Shown here in pieces: positions 17,403 to 26,214 of a stretch of DNA of 64,000 nucleotides (its first letter is position 1; each line of letters starts with the position of its first letter). The translations under genes were made by a program, and so were the position numbers. Source of the DNA: Myxococcota bacterium (lineage in GTDB: Bacteria; Myxococcota_A; UBA9160; UBA4427); NCBI GenBank assembly GCA_029243605.1, contig JAQWRT010000015.1, forward strand, positions 99,392 through 163,391. The letters run 5' to 3'. Under the pieces are notes generated by a model that was given only the letters and a program-made list of their open reading frames with translations, was not told the origin of the DNA and made no database searches.

Positions 17403-18460
17403 TTCGGGTCGCGGAGGAACCCCGCTTCCTCTCGCTCCCCGAGGCGTTGGATCGTCTCCTCTCCCCCTACGCCCTCGAGGAATTCGCGCCCCTGACCGGG
17501 GACGGGGTATTGGTGGTGGATCTCCCGGTGGAAGATCGGCGGGCGCCAGCCACGACCCGGGTAGAAGCCGCCGCCGAGGCGCTCAGCGAGTTGGCCTGCC
17601 CCACGGTGGCTCTGGCTCCGGCGGATCCATCCCCCGCGGCCGCCGCCCTGATGTCGGCCTTCGACGTGGTGCTGCCCGGAGACGCCGCTGGGCTCGAGTC
17701 GATCCTTGCCCGCATTCGCGCACGCCCCCGGGCCGCCCTGGCTCTCGTGCAACTTCTCCGCCACAACGCTGAGTTGAGCATCCACGAGGGTTTGATTGCC
17801 GAGTCCCTGGTCTATTCGACTCTTCAGGCCGGGCCGGAATTCGCCGAGTGGCTCGAAACCCACTCTCCTACCCCCTCCGAGGAGACCGGGGAACCCGCGG
17901 TTCAGGTGGAGCGGGTGGACGCCACGCTCTTCCTGACCCTGAATCGCCCGGCTCGCCACAACGCGTTCGGCGTGGCGCTGCGCGACGGTCTGGTGGAGGG
18001 CCTGCAACTCGCGGTCTGGGACGAGGAGATCGAGGAGATCGTCCTGGCCGGGGCGGGCCCGTCCTTTAGCAGCGGCGGTGACCTCGACGAATTCGGAACC
18101 TTTCCCGACCCCGCGACGGCCCACACCGTGCGCAGTATCCGGAATCCCGGCCGACTCCTCGCTCGACTCGCCGATCGTTGCCGGGCGCGGGTCCACGGGG
18201 CGTGCATCGGGGCCGGGGTGGAGTTGCCGGCCTTTGTTTCCCGAGTGAGCGCGGCGCCCGACGCTTTCTTTCAACTTCCGGAGTTGGCCATGGGATTGGT
18301 GCCCGGGGCTGGGGGAACGGTCAGCTTGCCCCGAAGGATCGGCCGCCAGCGCACCGCTTGGCTGGCTCTCGGCGGCGAGCGAATCGACGCCGAAACCGCG
18401 CTGGACTGGGGCTTGATCGACCGCATCGAGTCGGATGCGGCTGCGCCTCGCGCTCGTTAG
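17399..18460 (+). CDS. Enoyl-CoA hydratase/isomerase (crotonase) family protein with a ~150-aa N-terminal extension
   Basis: The GTG start overlaps the upstream stop (GTGA). Crotonase core LTLNRPARHNAF..GAGPSFSSGGDLDEF starts at about residue 170. Confidence 0.75.
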   Translation: MIRVAEEPRFLSLPEALDRLLSPYALEEFAPLTGDGVLVVDLPVEDRRAPATTRVEAAAEALSELACPTVALAPADPSPAAAALMSAFDVVLPGDAAGLESILARIRARPRAALALVQLLRHNAELSIHEGLIAESLVYSTLQAGPEFAEWLETHSPTPSEETGEPAVQVERVDATLFLTLNRPARHNAFGVALRDGLVEGLQLAVWDEEIEEIVLAGAGPSFSSGGDLDEFGTFPDPATAHTVRSIRNPGRLLARLADRCRARVHGACIGAGVELPAFVSRVSAAPDAFFQLPELAMGLVPGAGGTVSLPRRIGRQRTAWLALGGERIDAETALDWGLIDRIESDAAAPRAR

Positions 18461-18501
18461 CTTCGACGTTCGTTCAATCAAGGAAATGGGGAGGGACAGT
18501 G

Positions 18502-19719
18502 ATGGCAGGTCCGTTGGCAGGGATAAAAGTCGTTGAGTTGGGGGTCTGGGTCGCGGGCCCCGCCGGAGGCTGCATCCTGGGTGATTGGGGGGCCGACGTG
18601 ATCAAGATCGAGCCGCCGGGAGTGGGGGATCCCTCGCGCCTCTTCGACCGACTGTTGGGTGCGGATATGCCTTTTAACCCAATTTTCGAAAATGATAATC
18701 GCAACAAGCGAAGCATCGTCATCAATATCGCGGACTCCCAGGGGCAGGCACTCGCCTACGAGCTCATCGATGATGCCGATGTTTTCATCAGCAACGTGCG
18801 GCCTGCTTCCCTCGCGCGCCTGGGTCTCGATCCGGACACCCTGCGCGCGCGCAACCCCCGGCTGATTTACGCCTCGATCACGGGGTACGGCCTCGAGGGC
18901 CCCGATGCGGATCGCGCCGCCTACGATGTCGCCGCTTTTTGGTCCCGGGCGGGGATCGCGGCCTCCCTGATTCAGGAGGGGCAGCCCCCGCCCTTTCAGC
19001 GCGGGGGGATGGGCGATCATAATACGGGGCTCGCTGCCGCCGGCGCGATTTCGGCGGCTCTCTTCGAGCGCGAACGGACCGGGGAGGGGCAGCTCGTCGC
19101 GACGTCTCTGTTGCGCGAGGGCATGTACACCTTGAGCTTCGATATGGCGGTGAGCCTGCGCTTTGGCGTCGATGTTCAGCTTGGAAACCGCGCCACCATG
19201 GGAAACCCGGTGATGAACAACTACAAGGACAGTGACGGCAGATGGTTCTGGTTGGTCGGTCTGGAGGGGGCGCGGCACTGGCCGGCCCTGGCTCGGGCAG
19301 CTGGGCACCCCGAATGGATCGAGGACCCCCGCTTCAAGGAGGAGGCCGCCCGTGCGCTCAATGCCCCCGAACTGATTGTTCTGTTGGATGCGATTTTTGC
19401 CACCCGCACCCGGGAGGAGTGGGGTGAGGTTTTCGACGCCGAAGAAGATCTCTGGTGGGCACCGGTGCAGACCATTCAGGAGGTGCTCCAGGATCCCCAA
19501 GCCCACGCAGCCGGAGGCTTCGTCGAGGTTCCCGATGGCGCGGGGACGACCCTGTTGCCCGCCACTCCGGTGGATTTTGGCGGCCGCCCCTGCGAGCAAC
19601 GCAATATGGCCCCGGCCCACGGAGCCGACAGCGACGCCATCTTGGCGGAACTCGGCCACCCGCCCGAAGAGATCGATAGGCTCCGGGAGGCCGGGGTGGT
19701 GGCCGGAGCCAGGGAGTAG
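18502..19719 (+). CDS. Family III CoA-transferase (CaiB/BaiF)
   Basis: GGGGAGGGA lies about 5 nt upstream of the ATG at 18502. N-terminus MAGPLAGIKVVELGVWVAGPAGGCILGDWGADVIKIE. The upstream part of the track ORF overlaps the crotonase gene. Confidence 0.9.
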   Translation: MAGPLAGIKVVELGVWVAGPAGGCILGDWGADVIKIEPPGVGDPSRLFDRLLGADMPFNPIFENDNRNKRSIVINIADSQGQALAYELIDDADVFISNVRPASLARLGLDPDTLRARNPRLIYASITGYGLEGPDADRAAYDVAAFWSRAGIAASLIQEGQPPPFQRGGMGDHNTGLAAAGAISAALFERERTGEGQLVATSLLREGMYTLSFDMAVSLRFGVDVQLGNRATMGNPVMNNYKDSDGRWFWLVGLEGARHWPALARAAGHPEWIEDPRFKEEAARALNAPELIVLLDAIFATRTREEWGEVFDAEEDLWWAPVQTIQEVLQDPQAHAAGGFVEVPDGAGTTLLPATPVDFGGRPCEQRNMAPAHGADSDAILAELGHPPEEIDRLREAGVVAGARE

Positions 19720-19759
19720 GCGTTCGCGAATTCAGGCGCCGAACGCGCGGCTCCCGCGT

Positions 19760-22700
19760 TCACCAGCGCAGGTAGAACTCGGCGGAGATCACGTGGAGGT
19801 CATAACCGCTTCCCGTGTAGTAGTCGTAGTCGAGGCCGACCAGGGGGGTTTCGGCGATACTCATGAGGTAGCCGGTACCGACGAAGAGTTGGTTGTCGTC
19901 GGCCGGGGCACCCTTGGTGACGAATGGGGCGGCCCCGGGCACGTTGTAGAAACTCGCGGCTACGGGTCGGGCGAGGTTCCCGAAATCATGGGTCCAGCCC
20001 GCACGAAATTCGGGCTCGATGCCGAATTCACCGTTCAGGGTGAAGAGGGTGCTGATGCGTGCGCCCAGGGTGGTCTGCCACGAGTCGAAACTCTCGGACC
20101 GGACCGCCAAGGAGAGGTCCCCAGCGCCGTTTTCCTGAAAGGCATCCTGGGTCAGCCGGTTGTACTGGAGGCGAACCATGGGGCGGTAGGCCAGTCGGGT
20201 CGGGTCCCCCAAAAGCACGCCGGCCTCGGCGAGGAAGCCGGCCTCCTGGCCCGATGAACGAGCCCCGGCCCGGCGGTTGATGTCTTCGAAGGCGATTCGC
20301 CGGTCGGTCTCGAAATCGGTATACGCGTAGCGACCCGCAAAGCCGGCGTAGTAGTGATCGCCTTCCCAACTCCCGTAAAGGGCGGCTTGGTAGGTGTTGC
20401 CCTCGGCGCTGAGCCCCCGATTGCCCGTCAGGGAGTAGCGGGTGTAGCCGAAGCCGACGCCGAGTCGCGCCTCCTCGCTCTCGCCCAGGCCGCTATCGAA
20501 GCCCACGGCGATTCCGCCGCTATCGCTCTTGATCGTCGAGGCGTTGACTTCGCCAGCTCGCCGCGAAAAAAAGCCTCCGGCATCGAGCCATCCCCCGGCC
20601 CCTCGGGTCGAGCTTTCTTCGGTCCCCGCCGCTCCGGCAGCGGCCAAGGGTTTGCCGGCTGCTCCCCGGAGTGCCTGCTTTCGGTTCAGGCTGCCCGCGC
20701 GGTAATCGTTTGCGGTAAAGCGCCGGGAGATCGCCTGTCCGAAGGCAGTGGCATTGGCCAGGCGGGGGTTGGTGAAAGCGCCCAGACTTTCGCCGGCTAC
20801 TTGGTTGAGTACACCGGGGACCTGGCTCGCCGTCAGGATATTCAGGCTCTCCTGGATCTCCAGGGCATCGGGTGAGCCCGAGTTGAGGAGTTGGTCAAAG
20901 GCGGGGGCCGTGGCCCTTTGGTTGGGGGTTTGGGCGTAGTCGTCGAGCCGGTTGGCGTTCTGTACAAGGGTGAAGGTCAGCCTTTGGGTGCCCCCATCCC
21001 GGGGTTGTACGGTGAGCGGTCCGATTTCCAGAAACGCAAAGTCGGGCGCCGTTGTGCCAATGCCCTGGGTTCCTCCGTTGAAGTCGCAGAAGTCTGGGGT
21101 GCAGATTTCGAAGGCCTCGATGATTTCATAGGTCTCGATCGAGTCGTAGAGCCCCGGGGAGGGTGTGATGGAGACCACGATATTGTCGAGAAGGACGCGA
21201 TTATTTCCTGCGCTCAGAAGGGAGGCCTGGGCCTGGTCGTTGACGGTTACCGCGAGTTCTGCGGCCGGTTCGAAAATGACTTCGCTCGCCAGGCTTACAC
21301 TGTCCGTGGCTCCGCCCAAGTCGAGAAGGCCGCGATTGGTCAGTTCGCTGCCGAGTTCCAGGGCGCCCGCCGCGTTGACCAGGCTGCCGCCGGCTTCCAC
21401 TATGATATTTGAGGTCGAGGTCAAATCGCCGAGCAGGCGCAGGCTTCCCAGGCTCACCTGGGTTTCGCCGGTGTATTCCTGACCGGCGGCGAGGCTCAAC
21501 GATCCTGATCCGGATTTCACGAAATTGCCCGCGCCGCTCACGATATGGCTGTAGGTCTGCCCGTCGCTGAGCGAAAAATCGACGTTGGCTCCTCCGCTCA
21601 CCTCCACGTGGTCGGGCAGGCTCAAAGTGTCGAGACGCAGGGTTCCCTCCTGGACGCTGGTGCCCCCTTGATAACTGTTCGTGCCGGTCAGGGTGAGCGT
21701 CGAGTCGATTCCTCGCTTGGTCAGTCTGCCCAGGCCCGTGATGGCCCCGGAATGGACCCCATCCTCGGCTTGTTCAAAAAGGACCTCGGTCGTTGATCCG
21801 TCGAGCTCGATGTTGCCGGGAAAGCTCGAGGCGTCGCCCAAAATTCGCCCGGCGGTGACCAGGAGCCCTCCGGTGAACGTGTTCGCTCCCGAGAGTCGGA
21901 GGTCGTTGAGGCCGATCTTCTCGACCTGGCCCGCTCCGCTGATGTTGCCCGAGAAGTCGGGGTCCGCCGTCGCGCCATAGAGTTGCAGGGTGGCGTCTTG
22001 GGCCACCGCGACATCTCCGGTGATGGTGGTGGATTCTCCGTAGAGGATGCCCGCCAGGATTTCGATCCCCTGGTCGACGGCGACGCTTCCCTGGCCGTCG
22101 ACGAATCGGAGGGTGCGCGTGCCGTCCTTGGTGAAGCGCCCCTCGCCGGTGATCTCGCCGATATATGAGAATTGGCTGATGGCGTCATCCTTCCAGGTCA
22201 GGGCGGCGTCCTTCGCCACGGAAATATTCCCCTGGATTCCTTCCCCGTGGCCGCGCAGTTCACCCCCAAGGACCTGGGTGCCTCCGGTGTAGGTGTTGAC
22301 GCCCAGGAGGTCGAGCAGGGTGTCTCCCTCTTTGACCAGGCTGCCCTCGCCGTTGATATCGTCGCCAATCTGGTACTCGAAGCTGTAATTGAAACCGAGT
22401 GTTGCGTCGGCGTCGACCACGAATTGGGAGGAAACATCTTCACTGTCGACTTGGGCGCTACCGAAGATGTCGAGATCGACCAGGGTGGCCTGGCCGGATT
22501 CGACGTGCAGCAATACGAAGTCTGCACCGACGTCTTCCGCGGTGGTGATCCAGAAACTGATCGTTCCCGTGGCATCGAGGGTGACCTGGCGTTCGGTCCC
22601 GGGATCCAGGAGTTGCAGGTCGATTTCGGGCAAGGGGGCGTCTTGGCCGAGAGTGAGGGTGAGGAATTCCAGGTCGTCCGGAATGAACTCGATGATGTTG

Positions 22701-22897
22701 TCGGTATTCGCCCCACCATTGGCCGATAGGATGGCGCTGTCGAGACTCCCAGGGATGTCGCGACCGTTATTGATGACGGTGAATATATCGGGGATGATCA
22801 CAACTTCTTCGGCACGGATCCCGAAAGCGAGGAAAAGCCCGGCGATCACCAGGGGCAGGGCCGTTCGGGACCTGGGTTGAAAACGATCTTTCTGCAT
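19760..22897 (-). CDS. Autotransporter outer-membrane protein with PATR-type passenger repeats
   Basis: Signal peptide (ALPLVIAGLFLAFGIRA). Repeated units LRLSGANTFTGGLLVTAGRILG, LTLTGTNSYQGGTSVQEGTLRL and SLSLAAGQEYTGETQVSLGSLRL. The C-terminal ~270 aa is an alternating-hydrophobic beta-barrel ending AEFYLRW. Confidence 0.85.
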   Translation of the reverse strand: MQKDRFQPRSRTALPLVIAGLFLAFGIRAEEVVIIPDIFTVINNGRDIPGSLDSAILSANGGANTDNIIEFIPDDLEFLTLTLGQDAPLPEIDLQLLDPGTERQVTLDATGTISFWITTAEDVGADFVLLHVESGQATLVDLDIFGSAQVDSEDVSSQFVVDADATLGFNYSFEYQIGDDINGEGSLVKEGDTLLDLLGVNTYTGGTQVLGGELRGHGEGIQGNISVAKDAALTWKDDAISQFSYIGEITGEGRFTKDGTRTLRFVDGQGSVAVDQGIEILAGILYGESTTITGDVAVAQDATLQLYGATADPDFSGNISGAGQVEKIGLNDLRLSGANTFTGGLLVTAGRILGDASSFPGNIELDGSTTEVLFEQAEDGVHSGAITGLGRLTKRGIDSTLTLTGTNSYQGGTSVQEGTLRLDTLSLPDHVEVSGGANVDFSLSDGQTYSHIVSGAGNFVKSGSGSLSLAAGQEYTGETQVSLGSLRLLGDLTSTSNIIVEAGGSLVNAAGALELGSELTNRGLLDLGGATDSVSLASEVIFEPAAELAVTVNDQAQASLLSAGNNRVLLDNIVVSITPSPGLYDSIETYEIIEAFEICTPDFCDFNGGTQGIGTTAPDFAFLEIGPLTVQPRDGGTQRLTFTLVQNANRLDDYAQTPNQRATAPAFDQLLNSGSPDALEIQESLNILTASQVPGVLNQVAGESLGAFTNPRLANATAFGQAISRRFTANDYRAGSLNRKQALRGAAGKPLAAAGAAGTEESSTRGAGGWLDAGGFFSRRAGEVNASTIKSDSGGIAVGFDSGLGESEEARLGVGFGYTRYSLTGNRGLSAEGNTYQAALYGSWEGDHYYAGFAGRYAYTDFETDRRIAFEDINRRAGARSSGQEAGFLAEAGVLLGDPTRLAYRPMVRLQYNRLTQDAFQENGAGDLSLAVRSESFDSWQTTLGARISTLFTLNGEFGIEPEFRAGWTHDFGNLARPVAASFYNVPGAAPFVTKGAPADDNQLFVGTGYLMSIAETPLVGLDYDYYTGSGYDLHVISAEFYLRW

Positions 22898-22914
22898 GTG
22901 TCTCCCTGGGTTCT

Positions 22915-23787
22915 CTAGCTCTCGGACTCTTTAAGCTTGCGTCTGCACTTTCGAGCTAGGCCGGGTCGGCCGGTTTGTTCGAAGGCATCGGCAGCGAAAG
23001 CATAGAGGTCGAGCAGTTTGGAATCATCGGGGGGGAGATGCGTTTCATAGAGTTCGATCGCACGCTCGAGGTTCTTATTGGCAGGAATTGCATTGCCGAG
23101 CATGATCTCTGCCATCGCCAGGCTAATGTGGACGCCACCCATCTGCACGCTGTCGGAAACTCCGGCGGCATTGAGGTTGTAGAGGACGCGCTTTGAGTAG
23201 CTTCGCATCCGCTTTGCCTCCCCAAGGTCCTGGGCGACCTCGAGCAGTTCGAGAAGGATTTCGGTGATTTCAGGCGAGGTGCGCGGCTTGTTGATTTCGA
23301 GGATTTCGACGCTTCGGGTCCAGTGACGCTCGGCCCAGGGCAGGGCACCCAGGGCCCGAGTGGTCTCGGCGAGTTTGCCCAGGGGGAGCAGGTTTTTCTC
23401 GGATTCCGGGCCGTAAACCTCGGAGTAGATGCTCACCGCCTGCTGGAGAGGAACGAGTGCATCCCGGTAGCGGGTGAGTTGGAAGCTGACGGCACCGAGG
23501 TTGTAGGAAAGGATGCCGGTCCTGGCGTGGCGCGGGCCGAGTTCCTGCTGCGCCAGGGTGTGGGCTTTGCGCGCGTAGAGGAGCGCCTTCTCGAGATCCT
23601 TCTCGGTCAGGGCTTGCTTGTACTGGGTGTACGCTTCCTGGTAGTCGGCGGCCAGGCCATTGGGGGCGATGGCGACGATAAAGAAGCCGACGAGCAGAAG
23701 GAGGGCGAGGGCAGCGCCCGGGGATGAGGCCGACTTGCTCGGGAGGCGTTGGCGGGAGAGCTCACATAAAGGAAGGGCGCTCACCAA
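22915..23787 (-). CDS. Membrane-anchored or secreted TPR-repeat protein
   Basis: One N-terminal hydrophobic segment (AALALLLLVGFFIVAIA), then repeated Ala/Tyr/Leu helical pairs (YTQYKQALTEKDLEKALLYARKA.., YNLGAVSFQLTRYRDAL..). The start is uncertain (TTG 23787 or GTG 23784). It overlaps the upstream gene end. Confidence 0.65.
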   Translation of the reverse strand: MVSALPLCELSRQRLPSKSASSPGAALALLLLVGFFIVAIAPNGLAADYQEAYTQYKQALTEKDLEKALLYARKAHTLAQQELGPRHARTGILSYNLGAVSFQLTRYRDALVPLQQAVSIYSEVYGPESEKNLLPLGKLAETTRALGALPWAERHWTRSVEILEINKPRTSPEITEILLELLEVAQDLGEAKRMRSYSKRVLYNLNAAGVSDSVQMGGVHISLAMAEIMLGNAIPANKNLERAIELYETHLPPDDSKLLDLYAFAADAFEQTGRPGLARKCRRKLKESES

Positions 23788-26170
23788 TGATCCCCTCCTC
23801 GCGCAAACGCGCCAATTCTTCCGACGTCAGCCCGAGTTCTCGTCCGAGGACTTCGTCGTTGTGCTGCCCCAAGGTCGGGGGTGGGCGACGGTGTAGGGCC
23901 CGAGGCAGCCCCGAGAAAGCCATGGGGAGGCTAGGGTAGCGCGCCTCGCCCGAGCGCGGATGCTCCATCACCTGGAAGAACCCACGGTCCTCGAGTTGGG
24001 GGTTCGGGGACAGGGAGTGGGCATTGATGAGGGTCTCGGCCGGAATGCCTGCCTTCTGGAGTGCGGTGAGGATCTTTTCTCGGGGCTGGGTGGTCAGCCA
24101 AGCCTCCAACGCTTCATCGATGGCATCGTGTTGGGCACGGCGCCCCTCGCGTGAATCCAGCTCCGGGTTCTGAGACCACTCCGGGTCGCCCATGATTTCG
24201 CGCAAGGTTCGCCAGCGGGCATCGTCGGGAATTGCCAAGGCGATGAGTTCGTCGGCCTCGGCTGTTCGGTAGACGCCCTGAGGCGCCGAAACCGGTCCCC
24301 GGTTTTCGTCTCGGATCAGAAGTTGACCGTAATGGGAGAATTCCATGACCTGCTCGGCAGCCAGGTTGATCGCGACTTCCATCAGCGGGACCTCGACAAG
24401 CTGTCCTTTTCCGGTGCGTCGGCGATGTTCGAGGGCAAGTTGCAGGGCATAGACGGCGTGCATGCCGCCGATGGGGTCGCACGCCCCCCGAATCACAAGG
24501 GGCAGATCGGAGTAGCCAGTGAGCCACGCAAGCCCGCTCACCTGCTCCACCGTCATGGCGAAGCCGGCTCGATCGCGCCAGGGGCCCTCGAGCCCGAAGG
24601 CCGGCATTCGAACCATGATGATGCGCGGGTTGATTTGACTGACGTCGTTCCAGCCGAGCCCGAAGTTCTCGAGCACCCGGGCCGAATAGTTCTCGATCAC
24701 GATATCGGCCTCGGCGAGCATTCTTCGGAGGATCTGCATGCCCTCCTCGGTGTCCAAGGCCAGGGTGATCCCGCGTTTGCCAGGGTTTGCACCGTGGAAG
24801 ACCGGCGACCATTCCCAGATTTCATCGTTGGGCACGGCGCCGGCGAAGCGCATGCCGTCCGGGCGTTGGACGGACTCCACCTTGACTACATCCGCACCCA
24901 TATCGGCGAGGTAGGAGGCGGCCACCGGGCCGGCCCAGAATGCGGTGAGGTCCACCACGCGCAGGCCCGCCAGGGGGAGTGGGTCGGCGGAGGGGTCCGC
25001 CTCGGGCTGGGGGGGTGGCGCCGCTGCCAACTCACCCAGGATCGCCTCGGCGTGTTCATCGAGCCGAGGCGAGGGGGCCGGCGGGCGCAGGGGCGCGGCT
25101 CCCAGTTGGTAGGGAGGGCGGGGCTGGAGGAAGCCGCCCGGTCCTTCTCGCAGGATTTTCCGGGCCTTGACCTGTTCCATTTCGGGCAGGCTCTGGCCGT
25201 TGCCGATTTCGGCGACCGGGATCCGTAGGAGTCCCGCGAGTTCGATCAACTCCTCGACGCTGCGCTGAGATGTCCAACCCTGGATCATCTCCTGCATGAA
25301 GTCGATGTGCTCCATGCGGGCTCGACCGTCGAGGTATTGGTGGTCTTCGGCGATATCCTGGCGGCCGAGCATTGCGCAAAAATCGGTCCACTGTTGCCCG
25401 GTGATGACGCAATAACCCACGTAGCCATCGCTTGCGGGTTCGATGGAGGGGATCTCGATGCCACGGGGAAGCGGGCCCTCGAACCACTGGCTGCTCAGGT
25501 CGTGGTAGATGGTCAGGCAGGTCAGCATGCTCTCAAAGATCGAGAGATCTACGTGGTGTCCAAGGCCGGTCTTGCGCGCGGAAAAGACCGCGCTGAGGGC
25601 AGCCGGGGCGGCGAAGCTTCCCGCTGCCCACTCGCCAATGCGCCCCCCTGCAGCCACGGGCTTGCGGCCGGGTAGGCCGCGGTAGTCGATGGAGCCGGTC
25701 GCGGCCTGGAGGGTGAACTCGGTGGCGGGCCGTTCGGCGTGGGGGCCCTCGAGGCCCCAGGGCGAGATGGAGAGGATCGAGAGCCGCGGGTTCACCGCCT
25801 GCAACTCCTCGATCCCCAGGCCGCGTTCGGCGAGGCCGCCCGGGCCGTGGTCTTCGATGAGCAGGTCGGCTCGTGCGGCCAGGCCGAGGATTTTCTCCCT
25901 GTCCTCGGCGCGCGCGGGATCCAGGGCGATACTGCGCTTGGAGGCGTGCAGGAACTGAAAGAGAACGCCGTCCTCACCCGTGGGCACTGCAGTTCCCGAG
26001 GCGGTCCAGTTCCGCAGCGGGTCGCCGCCGTCGGGGCTCTCGACCTTGATTACATCGGCTCCGGCATCGGCCAACAGCTTGCTGCAGTAGGGACCAGCGA
26101 TACCGCTCGAGAGGTCGACGACCCGCCATCCAGCGAGGGGCCAAGCATCGGGTTGGTGCGCTTCCATCAC
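23762..26170 (-). CDS. Tandem-domain family III CoA-transferase (two CaiB/BaiF domains in one polypeptide)
   Basis: Two copies of the N-terminal family motif: WRVVDLSSGIAGPYCSKLLADAGADVIKVE (residue ~15) and LRVVDLTAFWAGPVAASYLADMGADVVKVE (residue ~395). Each is followed by a full domain. Confidence 0.85.
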   Translation of the reverse strand: MMEAHQPDAWPLAGWRVVDLSSGIAGPYCSKLLADAGADVIKVESPDGGDPLRNWTASGTAVPTGEDGVLFQFLHASKRSIALDPARAEDREKILGLAARADLLIEDHGPGGLAERGLGIEELQAVNPRLSILSISPWGLEGPHAERPATEFTLQAATGSIDYRGLPGRKPVAAGGRIGEWAAGSFAAPAALSAVFSARKTGLGHHVDLSIFESMLTCLTIYHDLSSQWFEGPLPRGIEIPSIEPASDGYVGYCVITGQQWTDFCAMLGRQDIAEDHQYLDGRARMEHIDFMQEMIQGWTSQRSVEELIELAGLLRIPVAEIGNGQSLPEMEQVKARKILREGPGGFLQPRPPYQLGAAPLRPPAPSPRLDEHAEAILGELAAAPPPQPEADPSADPLPLAGLRVVDLTAFWAGPVAASYLADMGADVVKVESVQRPDGMRFAGAVPNDEIWEWSPVFHGANPGKRGITLALDTEEGMQILRRMLAEADIVIENYSARVLENFGLGWNDVSQINPRIIMVRMPAFGLEGPWRDRAGFAMTVEQVSGLAWLTGYSDLPLVIRGACDPIGGMHAVYALQLALEHRRRTGKGQLVEVPLMEVAINLAAEQVMEFSHYGQLLIRDENRGPVSAPQGVYRTAEADELIALAIPDDARWRTLREIMGDPEWSQNPELDSREGRRAQHDAIDEALEAWLTTQPREKILTALQKAGIPAETLINAHSLSPNPQLEDRGFFQVMEHPRSGEARYPSLPMAFSGLPRALHRRPPPTLGQHNDEVLGRELGLTSEELARLREEGIIGERPSFM

Positions 26171-26214
26171 GCTCCTTCAGGGTTCTTTGTCGCGCGGGGA
26201 GTGATTTTCTGCGG

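Noticed and set aside
19720-19746. Hairpin GCGTTCG-N13-CGAACGC between the convergent CoA-transferase and autotransporter genes, as a possible bidirectional terminator.
   Set aside because: The stem is only 7 bp with a 13-nt loop and has no flanking U/A tracts. It cannot be told apart from chance in GC-rich sequence.
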